64,000 bases of DNA from Octopus sinensis (taxonomy: Eukaryota), in assembly GCF_006345805.1 (NCBI RefSeq), contig NC_043001.1, positions 11,842,001 through 11,906,000 of the forward strand. The letters are read 5' to 3'. Both the position numbers and the translations under genes were made by a program. The notes under the pieces are model-generated. The model did not search any database. It saw only the letters and a list, made by a program, of their open reading frames with translations, and had not been told where the DNA came from. This document shows, one piece after another, positions 12,273 to 25,631 of the stretch. Each line of letters opens with the position of its first letter. Position 1 is the stretch's first letter.

Positions 12273-13026
12273 ACAGCTTCTTCTAGAAATCTACTACGAC
12301 TGCGTGTCACATAAATTGTGTTGTTAACTCCCAAAGCTAGTTAGAATTGGTTAGAATTTTTTTTGAAACTCAAACCTCGTCAGATAATGTTTTACGACCA
12401 ACAATGTAAATATTTCATTTTTTCAAAGTGAGTCACTAAACTAATACACGTTGCGATCTCGATTATATCCGTACAGACAACCCACCGTACACTTAAAAAC
12501 ATGAAGCTATACACACATGACAAGGAGATGTACATAGTAGCGCAGTAGAAGTTCGTATGAAAGAAAAATAACGCAAAAATAATAATTATGATTGTAATTA
12601 TAATAATAAATATTATCTAATTGTATAATTATCATCAATATTATCTAATTATGAATGTTATTATCTAATTAGAATACCATGAATTACATATTAAATTTGT
12701 TCGCCCGATTCTTGTTATCATTTACAATTCAATACATTTTTTTAAAAAATACTTAAAGAAATTTTATGTGATAATTTTGTTCTCAAGCTAAAAAAAATAG
12801 TCATGTTTATATTTAAAGAAAAATATAGAAATCCCCTCGGTAACAAAAGTACACATTACCTTCCTTATCTAGTTGTTTTAGCTCATTCAGTAAATTGCTA
12901 TAATTAAAACTGAATTCCAAAGTGTTTTAAAACTTGATTGCTTGTCAACAAATGTTTATCAAAACAATGTACAACGATATTTACATTGTTTGCATTTGAC
13001 GGATATTTGTCCTCATCTTGTTTGTT

Positions 13027-13072
13027 AACATAACGTTTCGGCTGATATACCCTCCAGCCTTCATCAGATGTC
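13027..13072 (-). ncRNA. Minimal hammerhead ribozyme motif (Penelope pLTR type)
   Basis: Minus strand: gacat CTGATGA a ggctg-gagggtatat-cagcc GAAAC GT T atgtt. The cleavage triplet is GUU, which is suboptimal. Confidence 0.75.
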
Positions 13073-13150
13073 TTGGGGGTAATTTCGAACCTGGGTTCTC
13101 ATTCCTAAGGTGTTTTCTCGATGCTATTATCATTAGTATTATTATTATTA

Positions 13151-13181
<31 letters not shown>

Positions 13182-13723
13182 GAGTGAGACAGCAGTGCAT
13201 GCCATCAAAGTGAAACTTGGGTAAAATATACCCATTTTGACTACCAGTCTGATAGGGGTACACGAGGCACATGCATCACAACCATATGTGCGTGAAACGG
13301 TGATCTCATATCAAGATAAACAGCACATGACCTTGCAGGTGAGGCCCAGTTAGAATTTTTTTTCTGGCTGAGTAACCTATCCCGATCAAAAGGTCCCTGA
13401 ATAAGGATTGTTTAAGGATGTTGAACAAAACATTCATGTTTCCAAAGGTGAATTATGTAAACGTCCAAGAATTCTATTCAACACATGGCTATGATGCTCC
13501 CCCCACTACTTCTGCTCGTGATCAGAGATGCATATATCGTCAGCCACTAAGGGACATGCTCAACTGTTTAAGGTCAAACAAATGACAAGCAAATCTGTGG
13601 TATAGAGCAGAATATTTGCGGTAGCCCATCTTTTATACCAAGACTAAACAATGTACTTGATAACACTTCCAATCAGTTGAGATCAGAAGCCATGAGAGCC
13701 ACTGCCTGGTACTGCATCAGGGC
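13182..13723. repeat. Unclassified insert sitting between two (ATT)n tracts
   Basis: More GC-balanced block bounded by (ATT)n on both sides; no ORF or termini recognised. Confidence 0.4.
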
Positions 13724-13737
13724 ATTATTATTATTAT

Positions 13738-13906
13738 TCAGGTCGCTACCTGGTATAGAACTCGGAATATTGGGTTTAGCCACCCGCGCTCTTAACCACT
13801 ATGCTATATGCCCGTGACGTAGTGGTTTATACTTCATAACCGATAACAGTGAATCTTTAAAGAAGAAACGGCGGTATTATCGAAATAAAATGGCCTGGAA
13901 ATTGTG
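13738..13906 (-). repeat. Second copy of the tRNA-like-containing repeat
   Basis: Reverse complement of 11668-11837, with tagcatagtgg A box and a degenerate B box. Confidence 0.75.
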
Positions 13907-14725
13907 ATAACCCTACTTGGGGAGTTGAAAAAGCAGGTACAATTCCTATACTTACAGGTGCCCTTGAGATGATAAAAAGATTTGTTGAAAAATACGAAAG
14001 CCTTTGGAGTGTACATTATGCTTGTCATTTAGACAATTGTGGACATATTACAGCAGTTTCATTTCAAGAAAAGCTACCATAAAGCAAAACATTGCACACA
14101 TCCTTGACACATCTGCTCTCGATTGAGCAATGAAGGCATTAAATAAGGATTAGTTCAGTGAAAACCTGCTTCAAATTTTGGCAAAAGCTGACAGTTTTCG
14201 GAGAGTGACAACACCACTCCCACTTCTCAACAAGTATTGATGTTATTGATCTCAGATCGTAGAGTACTGGAAGAAGTGTTTCTAATGATTTTGTCCGAGG
14301 CGCTAACGATTCTGCCTACAGGATTTTTCTCTGGTGCTGGAAAGAACCTGTCCTCTACATTCTAGCCTACAGAACGATAATCTTTTCTAATTTTGCCAGA
14401 AGGTCAGAGATTTATGGGAGGGGAACAGAAGATTCCATTGACCACAGTACTCAGCTGGAACTCATTTTATCGACCCATGAAGGACAAAAAGTGAGGTTGA
14501 CTTCCGTGGTATTTGAAACCAAAACGAAATGAGGCGGGCAAAATACCAATAAGCATTTTGCCCAACATGCTAAAGATTCGGCCAGCTCGCCGCCGAGGGC
14601 CAAGAAATAAGAGTAACATTAGTTTCTCAAATAATACTTCCACAAAATTGAGTCAACTTTAAAGCTATTGAAATATCATAACGATACGATATACTTTTTT
14701 AATGAAGTCATACACATCATGCCTT

Positions 14726-15145
14726 GGCCCAGGCGTGGTTATGTGGTAAGAAGCTTGCTTCCAACCACATGGTTCTGGGTTCAGTTCCACTGCATGGCAC
14801 CTTGGGCAAGTGTCTTCTACTATAACCTCGGGCCAACCAAAGCTTTGTAAGTGGATTTGGTAGATGGAAACTGAAAGAAGCTCGTCGTATATATATATGT
14901 GTGTGTGTGTTTGTGTATGTTTGCGTATATATATGTTGGTGTGTCTGTGTTTGTTCCCCGCCATCGCTTGACAACAGACGCTGGTGTGTTTGCGTCCTCG
15001 TAACTTAGCGGTTCACCAAAAGTGACCGATAGAATAAGTGCTATGTTAACAAAGAATAAGTCGTGGGGTCGGACGTTGGACTAAAGGCTGTGCTCCAGCA
15101 TGGTCGTAGCCAAATGGCTGGAACAAATAAAAGAATAAAAGAAAA
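14726..15145 (+). mobile_element. SINE-B
   Basis: Matches 9781-10283. Confidence 0.85.
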
Positions 15146-16128
15146 CGAAAGAACCACTTTTGAAACGCCTACAGGTATTATTTAATATAGCATTAGCGTG
15201 ACGTGTGTGGCATCCTGAAAAATTTATTAGTGCTATAATTCAGGGCGTAATTAGCGCTGGATCCTATTATAAGGTTCGCGATGTTTTCTATGCAATTTGG
15301 AGTGAAATTGGCATGACAATCAGCAGCTTGAAGTAGATTCGTTGCCTTTATTAGTTTTCCACCTACACGAAAAAAGAGAAAGTTTCTATAGAGAGAGCGG
15401 TGTCAAAAATAAATCTTCCAATGTTACCTCCTTCATAAGCTTCTGTTCATTAAAGGGGTAAAAATCGTAGCAAATATCCTGTGTTCGTTCTGAAGAATTT
15501 CTCACATATTTCGGAAATTAATGGTCTCTGAATGTTCCTGCTACGCTTATTGAACTTTTTTTCTGGACAAGTGATTGATTAGGTTTATAGCTAAATTCCT
15601 AATTCGAAACTTGAGACGTCGTTAATGGACTCAGCGAAATTTGACAGTAGACATTAATATCAAAAGATCGATTGCTTTTTAGATGTTTATATGATTCGCC
15701 ACGGTCTATTAGTATCGCACGGTATTGTAGGAAGATCTAAGTGTAGTTCATTAGTCACTTGTTAAATATTTCTTTGGGGAAAAACATGAAATAAATTAAT
15801 CCCTTTTTGCTATAGGATATGTCTATAATGGTTAATTGTAGTCGATAAATGTCATAATAAATAAATATAAAATATGATAAACGTATTTTTACGATTATTT
15901 TAGTACTCATGATAAGACTATCTACGTTAATATTGATTTTGTTAGGAGAAGCCAAAATTCAATTTTCGCAGAAGATTTTAGTCAATAGTACTTACTAGGT
16001 TATGCCACTAGTACACAACAGATGCTTATTAGAACAACATCTGCGTGGTCCTTCAGTTTTCTCGAAAGAATAGCCAACAGCCATTCAAATGACACTTACC
16101 CATCTATAAAGAATTGTGTATCGTTTAA

Positions 16129-16521
16129 TCTCTCTATATATAAAACTGAAGTTGTCTGTGTGTGGCAGGTTTGGTAGCCTTCAACTAACATCATCTCCTC
16201 CGAGACCCTGCGGCACATGTTGACCAAAATTGAGAGTATGATAGAAGAAGGCTTGTTCTTCATTCCGTAGAAGAAAAAAATTCAAATTGGACCATGTTAA
16301 CACCAAAAGTTATTTACATTAAAAAGGTGCTTCTTTTCTATGAAAATCCCTATTTTTTACGATTTTTTGACTGCTTTGTCGCCATTTTTCGGTGTATTTC
16401 AACTAGAAAATTGTTCACTTAAAGAGAATAACAAACTACATAATGCAAAATTTTTACTTTTCAAAAATTCCAATTCTAAAGGGTGGAAACAAACCCGAAC
16501 AACGCCAGGCGATACTGCTAG
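16129..16521 (+). mobile_element. Non-autonomous Helitron (family 2)
   Basis: A|TCTCTCTATATATAAA start; aacccgaacaacgccaggcgatactgCTAG|T end; no TSD. Confidence 0.85.
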
Positions 16522-16767
16522 TATAGTAAGAAAAAAATGAATAATTACGACTAGAATTATTTAAACGTTGGCTGAGAAACTAGAATTCATCCAGAGCCAC
16601 ACTGTTAAGTTTGAAAATTATAGGTTTGAAAATAGGTTCGAAAATTATGTTCCAATTTGTAAAAAAAAATGTTTCTCACCAACAAGATGTCAGCTTACTT
16701 TAAGAAAATAGCATTAGTTAATATAGTAGTCTTAGACTTCTTCTAAATATACGGGATGGTCTTTGCT

Positions 16768-17014
16768 TTACTCCTTTACTCTTTTACTCTTTTACTTGCT
16801 TCAGTCTTTTGACTGTGGCTATGCTGGAGTACCGCCTTTTGTCAAGCAAATCGACCCCAGGATTTATTCTTTGTAAGCCTAGTACTTATTCTATCGGTCT
16901 CGTTTGCCGAACACCTAAGTTATGGGAACGTGAACACAACAGTATCGGTTGTCAAGCAATGTTGGGGGACAAACACAGACACACAAACATATGCACACAC
17001 ACACAGACAGACAG

Positions 17015-17061
<47 letters not shown>

Positions 17062-17231
17062 CATATATACGACGGACTTCATTCAGTTTCCGTCCACCAA
17101 ATCCACTGACAAAACTTTGGTCGGCCGGAGGCTATAGTAGATGACACTTGCCCAAGACGCCTCGCAGTGGGACTGAACCCGTAACCATGTGGTTGGTAAG
17201 TAAGCTACTTACCACACAGCCACTCCTACGC
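16768..17231 (-). mobile_element. SINE-B
   Basis: Reverse complement of the SINE-B consensus. Confidence 0.9.
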
Positions 17232-18752
17232 TTTGTTGCCTTTAATCATAAGCGTGCCATATCGGTTGTAAATGCAACCATACAACATTAACTACAACAA
17301 CAGATCCATTAATGGATATTGCAGGATGAGGTAACCGGTCGAAATGAAGAATTCCATCAAGTGATGCCGCCTCCGGTCTTTCCTCTAGCTCTGTCCCTTT
17401 GATTGAATTAATATTATCATCTTCTGTAATACTTAGAGCTGCATAACAAGAAAAGAAATTCCGTTCGTACGACGATGATATACATCAATGCACGTATTCA
17501 TCATCAATACGATCCGGCAGATGGGAAATAGGTTAATTGCTATTGCATTTTGTCTTTGCAGCCCAAATTATCCATCAATGAATACGTAGGATGTCGTTTG
17601 GATTCCTGCTATTCTGTGAACACGAGATAATTAATTATCAATTTGGCAGATATGAGCAAGCTTCACAAACTAATTGGATTCCTGATTTCCATAAAGAAGA
17701 AACATCAATCTTGTTCCCTTTAATTGATCCAGGATTAGCTTTGTCTGAAGGGAAAAATAACATCTAAACACTGATGCCTAAAAGGCCCCTAATTAGACTA
17801 CATCAAATGTGTTTCCATCTTCTCCTCTGAAAAAAAAAACCCCATATTTCTGAAAGGTTAAATATAACAGAATTTGTAATCTTTAAGTTCAGATCTTCAG
17901 AAACGTATTAAAAATGAATATGTAATTCATTGTTTTGACTTGCACACGGTATTTTATTACCGATGTTTGTATATTTTCTAAATCTAACCGCTATAGAAGA
18001 AAAAAATTAATTGTCTTCACGCTTGTCAAAATACTCTAAAACATTAATACATTCATTATTACACATCAGGATAAAATTATTGCGGTCAATCACACAAATC
18101 GGTTTTTACATGGATGGATGGATCGCACTCACCACAGATTGCCCCCATCAATCTCTGCTTGTATGACTACCGGTCGTTTATACGTACTGCCTCTTGTACG
18201 CTCTGGCATGCAGGCACATATGCACACATTTCACACACATTCACACATAAACACACACAGATACCTACGCGAATCCACTACCTATTATCTCCCCTGAGTT
18301 CGCTCTCCTGCTCCATTACAATCTCATAAGTCCGTTGCCATATTTCTCCCCGTTGTCAATAATTCCGACACGCATCATGTGTTTCTGCGTAGAATCAGAC
18401 CGTGAAACCATTCCTAAATCTCTTGACTTAACTTCATTTTCTCTGTCATGCCGTCTCTATTGCATTGCTTCTACACTTTCTCGCAACCCTTGTAAACTAA
18501 CGTGTTTTGCACATCCATTCTTTATATCATTCCTCCCCACCATATATATATATCTTATCAGGTGGTGGCCAGCATGGGAATACAAACCTTCAAAGGTAAT
18601 AATTATTATTAAAATTAATTTTTTGCAAGTTTATTTTGTCTCTTTGTCTTCTCTCCTCGTGCCGTATGAACATTTAATATAGCTTTAGAGTCGAGGTTTG
18701 GCTGCTATTTCCAGCGTGGTGGTATCTCTTAGATACCCTAAATTATAATTTT

Positions 18753-18791
<39 letters not shown>

Positions 18792-19380
18792 TATATGTGT
18801 GTGTGTGTGTGTATGTATGTATACATCGGTGTACGTATATATCTAAGTAATGCCGCTGAGAGTATATAAACATTTGTACACAGATACTGGTATACGTCTG
18901 AGTGTGTCTGTGAAATAACCCTTGTCACTGCTGTGGACAGCCAAGAGTCATTGTTTAAGAAAACCTCCCGGTGCAAAGACTACTACTCTGGAATCGTGTC
19001 CTTTGACCTTAATGTTACCATGAACACAGATCCTGCTGTCTTCAACTTCGGATCATCAATCTTAGAATTTTAGGATGTTTATGGCGTGCCTTTATCCGGG
19101 TGAAATTGTGTGCGTTTTTGTGGGGGTATATATGTGTGTGTGGATGGGTATCGATGTGCTTGGGCATCAATTCATGGTAACAAATTTAGCATCCCTATCA
19201 TTAAACTGAACGTAATCTAATCTTTCTTTAACATGTCTTGCCCTCTGCTTTTTCCTTATATAAATATTTCTTATATTTTTATAGTTTATACGTTTATATT
19301 TACGGTTATTTTGAAATGACTGTTTAAGATAAGGGCAACTGTAGGTAGCTCCAATCGCGGATACAAAAAAAAATAATAAA

Positions 19381-19627
19381 TGCGCCCTTTTAAAGCCTAG
19401 CCAGGCTCATGGCCCCAGTTTCCCGGTTTGTATGGCGTATGTGTCCCTCAGCTGGACGGGACGCCAGTCCATCGCAGCGTTACTCATTTTTGCCAGCTGG
19501 TTGGACTGGGGAAACGTGAAATGAAGTGTTTTGCTCAAGAACACAACGCGTCGCCCGATCCAGGAATCGAAATCACAATCTTACAATCATGGTGCTGACA
19601 CCCGAACCACTAAGCCACGCGCCTCCA
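19381..19627 (-). mobile_element. SINE-D (CORE/V-like)
   Basis: Homologous to 10874-11124. Confidence 0.85.
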
Positions 19628-20041
19628 CCATTTGCGGATACAACCGACCAAAAAATAACATGACTGCGCCAACTCAATAGATTTAGCGGGAAGCCATTTT
19701 ATGTATGCATGCACCTGATGTGACCCACACTGCACTGATCGATGCAATACAATTTGATGCACAAGATCCCATTCTTAAAAGGAGAGTTGCAAGAGGGTTC
19801 GCAATGATCGTAGTACTAAATAAAGACTAATTCCAAATCGATCTTCCGCTCCATTCACCGATTATTATTTTCTCAACTAACACTGCGAAATTCATGAAGT
19901 AGATCGAGCGAAAATTTACCCGACCAAAGATGACAGCAGGTTGCCTAAACTGTGAACGTGCTATACTGAACACGCTAATTGACATATACTCATTAGTCAA
20001 AACAATGTACACATACACACGAACGTACTCACACACATAAT

Positions 20042-20459
20042 GCGGCGAGCTGGCAGAAACGTTAGCACGCCGGGTGAAATGCGTAGCTGTATTTCGTCTG
20101 CCGCTACAGAGTTCTGAGTTCAAATTCTGCCGAGGTCGACTTTGCCTTTCATCCTTTCGGAGTTGATTAAATAAGTACAATTTACAAACTGGGGTCGATA
20201 TAATCGACTTAGACCGTTTGTCTGTCCTTGTTTGTCCTCTCTGTGTTTAGCCCCTTGTGGGTAGTAAAGAAACAGGTATTTCGTCTGCCATTACGCTCTG
20301 AGTTCAAATTCCGCCGAGGTCGACTTTGCCTTTCATCCTTTCGGAGTTGATTAAATAAGTACAATTTACGAACTGGGGTCGATATAATCGACTTAGTCCG
20401 TTTGTCTGACCTTGTTTGTCCTCTCTGTGTTTAGCCCCTTGTGGGCAGTAAAGAAATAG
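20042..20459 (+). mobile_element. SINE-A head-to-tail dimer
   Basis: A full copy, then aaagaaacag|gtatttcgtctgcc re-entry into a headless second unit. Confidence 0.9.
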
Positions 20460-21002
20460 AACGCACTCACACACACACACACACACACATACACACACGG
20501 GCACGTCTATTTGTCTATACGTCTATTCCCATTCTGTCGACCTTCAAAAGCTTTATTCACATCCTGTTTTATTAACAACTCATTTTTCCTATCCTATTCA
20601 CAGTCTTCTCTCTCCTTTAATACTCCTCCCGTTTTCATCAACAATTTCTTATATACAATTTATATGCAGAGAATGACAGAGCGGGAAAGTGATGAAGAAA
20701 GTGATAAAGGAAGATATAAATCGATACACCCACACAAATACATATATATTCAGACATACTTAACACACATTCCGTGTCTGTAAATGCATGCCGGAGCAGC
20801 ATAAGATGGTGATGTTGATGGGAACGATGCTTTTATTTGGAGTAACCCGGAGTCCGTAATAGATTTGCTTTTATAAGAACACGTATGAATTTCAACTCTA
20901 TAATTCTTATCGGATATAATTTTGTTTTTTGTCATATGTAACATCCAGACAAGCGTGAAGGTACGCCCAGGCACGTAGACATGTATAAAGTAACTATAGA
21001 TT

Positions 21003-21008
21003 AATGTG

Positions 21009-21051
<43 letters not shown>

Positions 21052-21360
21052 TGTATATATATATAATGTATATATATATTAATGTATATATATATGATGT
21101 GTATATATATATATTACATATATATTTATATATATATATATATATATATATTAATGTATATATATATATATATAATGTGTATATATATATATATATGATG
21201 TGTATATATATATATATATAATATATATATATATTTATATATATATATATATTAATGTATATATATATATGATGTGTATATATATATATATATATGTGTG
21301 TATATATATATATATTACATATATATTTATATATATATATATATATAATGTATATATATA

Positions 21361-21412
<52 letters not shown>

Positions 21413-21428
21413 ATATCTATTACGTATA

Positions 21429-21468
<40 letters not shown>
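21003..21468. repeat. Long (TA)n microsatellite
   Basis: Visible TA run with interruptions. Confidence 0.95.
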
Positions 21469-21471
<3 letters not shown>

Positions 21472-22280
21472 GACGAATATGGTAGACATGGGCGGAACAT
21501 GAATAAAAGCCAAGTGGGCGATAATTAGGATGAAGAATAATGGAAATTTGCCCCCCGGATCTCAGGAAACTTCTAAAGATGAAAAATAAAAAAAAATAAA
21601 AGATAAAATTTAGTATTGCCGAATACAGGAGTAACTGAATAATATAAAATCTGAAGTACGAACGCTGCCAGGCGCACACAGCTACATTCACAGAAACACA
21701 CACACACATACACACACACACACACACACTTGTCTGTCTGTCTGTCTCTTTCCTTCTCTCTCTCTTGCAGATACATTGATATATACAGACATATTCAAAC
21801 ATACATGCCCAAATAAACATACATTTACATAAAGTCAAAACAGTGTTTACAATTACACACACACACACGCACACACACACACACACACACATATTCATAT
21901 ATACACGTTTGTAAAATTACACAATTATCTCAACGACAATTGTCATTGCGTACACACACTCACATATACAACCGCACACATATAGAAAAATTCTCTACAC
22001 AGACAGAGACTTTACAAATACGTACACACCCTCTATTAACAATTTGGCGATCAGAATCAATAATTGTGTCTCTCAAAACCATCTTCCATAACCAGCCACA
22101 TACATTTGGTGTCAATATTTATTTTTATCAGCAATAAAATGACACCTACACGCAAAACTAGAGCTGAAATATGCACGCACAGGCTTGCAACCACCAACAT
22201 TTCTATTCCAATTTATCTAATAATCCATCTCTCTACTCTTCATCTATCTGCTTATGTATCTATATTTCTTAATCACCATA

Positions 22281-22698
22281 GGTGTAGGAGTGACTGTGTG
22301 GTACGTAGCTTGCTTACGAACCACATGTTACCGGGTTCAGTCCCACCGAGTGGCAACTTGGGCAAGTGTCTTCTACCCTAGCCTCGGGGCCGACCGAAGC
22401 CTTGTGAGTGGATTTGGTAGATGAAAACTCAAAGAAGCCCGTCGTATATATGTATATATATATATATATATATGTGCGTGTGTATATGTTTGTGTGTCTC
22501 TGTTTATCCCCCCAATATCGCTTGATAACTGATGCAGGTGTGTTTACGTCCCCGTACCTTAGCGGTTCGGCAAAAGAGACCGATATAATAAGTACTAGGC
22601 TTACAAAAAATAAGTCCTGGTGTCGATTTGCTCGAGTAAAGGCGGTGCTACAACATGGACATAGTCAAATGACTGAAACAATTAAAAGAGTAAAAGAG
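22281..22698 (+). mobile_element. SINE-B
   Basis: Matches the consensus. Confidence 0.85.
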
Positions 22699-22728
22699 GA
22701 AAGAGTATATAGTTATATGTGCTATGGT

Positions 22729-23095
22729 GGAGGTGCAATGGCCCAGTGAGTGGACTCGCGGTCATAGGACCGCGGTTTCAATTCCCAGACCGGGTGTTGT
22801 GGGTGTTTATTGAGGGAAAACGCTTAAAGCTCCACGTCGCTCCGGCAGGGGTGGTTGCGAACCCTGCTGCACTCTTTCACCTCAATTTTCTCTCAGTCTT
22901 TCTTCCTGTTTCTGTTGTACCTGTATTTAAAGGGCCAGCCTTGTCACACACTGTGACACGTTGAAACATCCCGTTAACTACGTTAAGAGCACACGTGTCT
23001 GTGAAGTGCTCAGCCACTTGCACGTTAATTTCACGAGCAGGCTGTTCCGTTGATTGAAACAACTGGAAGCCTTGTTGTCGTTACCGACGGACTGC
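22729..23095 (+). mobile_element. SINE-C, tail variant B
   Basis: SINE-C head, then cttcctgtttctgttgtacctgtattt..gtcgttaccgacgga tail. Confidence 0.8.
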
Positions 23096-23512
23096 TGTAA
23101 TATCTGCTATGAATTTTCCACTCCATTTAAAAACATTCAATTTTTTCTGAATATACTTGAGTAAACCTACACATATAAACATACGTACACACAGAATGAT
23201 TTGTCAGTGTAGAAACTGTTATTATAAGTTTCATAATTACTCGAAACCGGTAACGACCGACGTTTGTCTATTCTGCAGAAAAAAAGAGTTTTGTTTACCA
23301 AACGATCGTATTTTAAAGCATTTAAAATATATCTGCATCCAACTTTCCATATTTTCCAATCCTCAAGGATGCTTGATCGCCGCGATGTTGCAGTGCTAAA
23401 CGGCAAAGCGGGCACTAGACATTGAGTAAACGAACTTTTACTGAATGATGTCTAACTTTCATTCCTAATAATTGGTCAAAATTATGTCGTACTAGGGAGA
23501 CTGTTTAATACC

Positions 23513-23741
23513 TATTTCTTTACTGCCCACAAGGGGCTACACACAGAGGGGGCAAACAAGGACAGACAAACGGTGTAGGTCGATTATATCGACCCCAGTG
23601 CGTAACTGGTACTTATTTAATCGACTCCGAAAGGATGAAAGGCAAAGTTGACCTCGGTGGACTTTGAACTCAGAACGTAGCGGCAGATGAAATAACGCTA
23701 AGCATTTTGCCCGCCGTGCTAACGTTTTTGCCTGCTCGCCG
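23513..23741 (-). mobile_element. SINE-A
   Basis: Matches the consensus. Confidence 0.85.
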
Positions 23742-24684
23742 TCTTAGACTGGTTGATACCGTACCTGCCAATACGTCTCATATACACATACTCATAAAAT
23801 TACAAATTAATTTATTGTGTACATATTGCCATGTTGTTAGAATACCATCGACGTTTAACAGTTTGATACTCACAAGAAAATTGCTATTGGCACTGGTATG
23901 CCAGAGTCTTCGGTTGCATACTATCTTACATAGTTTCGACGTGTTTGGTTGTTGGAGCTCTATTGCCTAATCCAAACTAGGTATCTTTTTCTGGTGGTAA
24001 ATGCCTCGCACCAGAATGCTAGATGTCTTGGGAATTATCTTTCCTTTCCTGACTAAGGAATATAAAATATGATCCATAACAATATAACAAAGATGTCGCT
24101 TTGGAGACAGGATAGTAAAATAAATCTGTCAAGTATCACATGTCCTTTCTTCGTTTCTAAGTCATTGAAATATACACAAGTTATGTAAATATATTGATTC
24201 TACCGAATAAACATCTTCTCTTCCCAGTTGGTCTTATTTGTTTTTATATTCACTTTGCCGACAATAACACACAATGCCTGGACCAGTAATAAACTTCATT
24301 GAAAACTCCTTGGCTTTACAATGTAGTTAGTAATGAAAAGAATATGTTTGCTTGACCCTGGAGAAGTATTTGTCTCTAGAGATATTGTTGATATCAAAAT
24401 ATTGACAAAATAAGAACAGAAAATGTTTGTTTAGTGCAAAGATACTTTCTTTTTTTCTTTAACGGTAGCGGAAGAGTAGATCAGTAAACAGCTGTACAAA
24501 TATTATGGCTGCCTCTTTGTGTTCGCTTACAAAACCCGGTAAATATATACTTTTATAAAATATCTTCACATGAGTAATTACATAAAAATGAAACGATATT
24601 TACAAATCAGAATTCATATTTTATTATTATTATTATTATTATCATTAACAACAACAACAACAACAACAACAACAATAATAATAA

Positions 24685-24715
<31 letters not shown>

Positions 24716-25035
24716 AATATCATTATTATTATCATTTCATATCGTGAAGCACTTTCACTGCTCGAGTTTATTCAGTATTTTGTCTAATTCCATTAGTAAA
24801 TATTTCTTGATTATTTTGTTATTTCTAAATAAAATCCAGTCAAAATTTTCTTTTTTTTTTTACAGTTCTGCTGTTTATTTACGCAACTTATCAAGTTTAA
24901 GATGTTCATTGGTTTAATTATAATCTTTTATATAAGACTGTAACTAATATTTTTTTCTACTGTGTGAGTTCGGCAACCAATTACCAATATATTAATTTTA
25001 CATCCAATAACATATGTGATATGAATGATGTTGGT

Positions 25036-25500
25036 TGGTTGGCATCCTTTTTTTCTCGGGAGACAATGGAGTTGCGCATAAAGTAGTCTAGTCCGGCTTT
25101 TACATTTCATGTCCTGATACATTTCCTGCTGTGGCTGTGTAGTCCTATCCTGGACAAACACTCCCTCTGGCAGGTACCGCAAATGTGGCGAAGACTGTTC
25201 CTGGCTGGTTGTAATGCCATAGTTTCTTGTTGACGTCTTTTCTTGTCTTTCCATTTCTCCTCTCTCTCTCTCTGTCACTCCTTTGTATTCCCTCTCTTAC
25301 GGTACGTCGCCATTCTCCACGGTTGCCGGCAACTGCCTCCCAACCGCTAATATTGATGTTGCAGGCCTTCATGTCCCTTTTGCAAAGATCCTTGTAACGT
25401 AAGAGCGGTCTACCCACAGACCTAGTACCCCTAGCAAGCTCTCCGTAGAGTATGTCCTTGGGGATTCTGCCATCTTTCATACGGCTAACATGCCCAATGA
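25036..25500 (-). mobile_element. 5'-truncated RTE-clade LINE 3' fragment
   Basis: GHVSRMKDGRIPKDILYGEL..GRPLLRYKD.CKRDMK..WEAVAGNRGEWR, a degenerate C-terminal Cys motif, and a tail ending atgccaaccaaccaac. Confidence 0.85.
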
Positions 25501-25631
25501 ATGATGTAAACAAGGAAATTTCACATAACCATTCTTATATATCTTCTCTCTCGTTTCTTATAATCAGCAGTATGGTCAATATTTCTTATAAGGTGTTTTC
25601 ATTATCACAAAATGTAAAATATTTGTGCCAT

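Noticed and set aside
13920-14000. TIPILTGALEMIKRF resembling an R4 RLE C-terminus
   Set aside because: Too short and degenerate to list as a feature.
15241-15720. Short AG..GT-bounded open segments (GVISAGSYYK; VYMIRHGLLVSH), and similar ones near 7.1, 23.85, 31.3 and 58.1 kb
   Set aside because: Such micro-exon patterns arise by chance in AT-rich DNA; no consistent phase chain or family match without RNA data.
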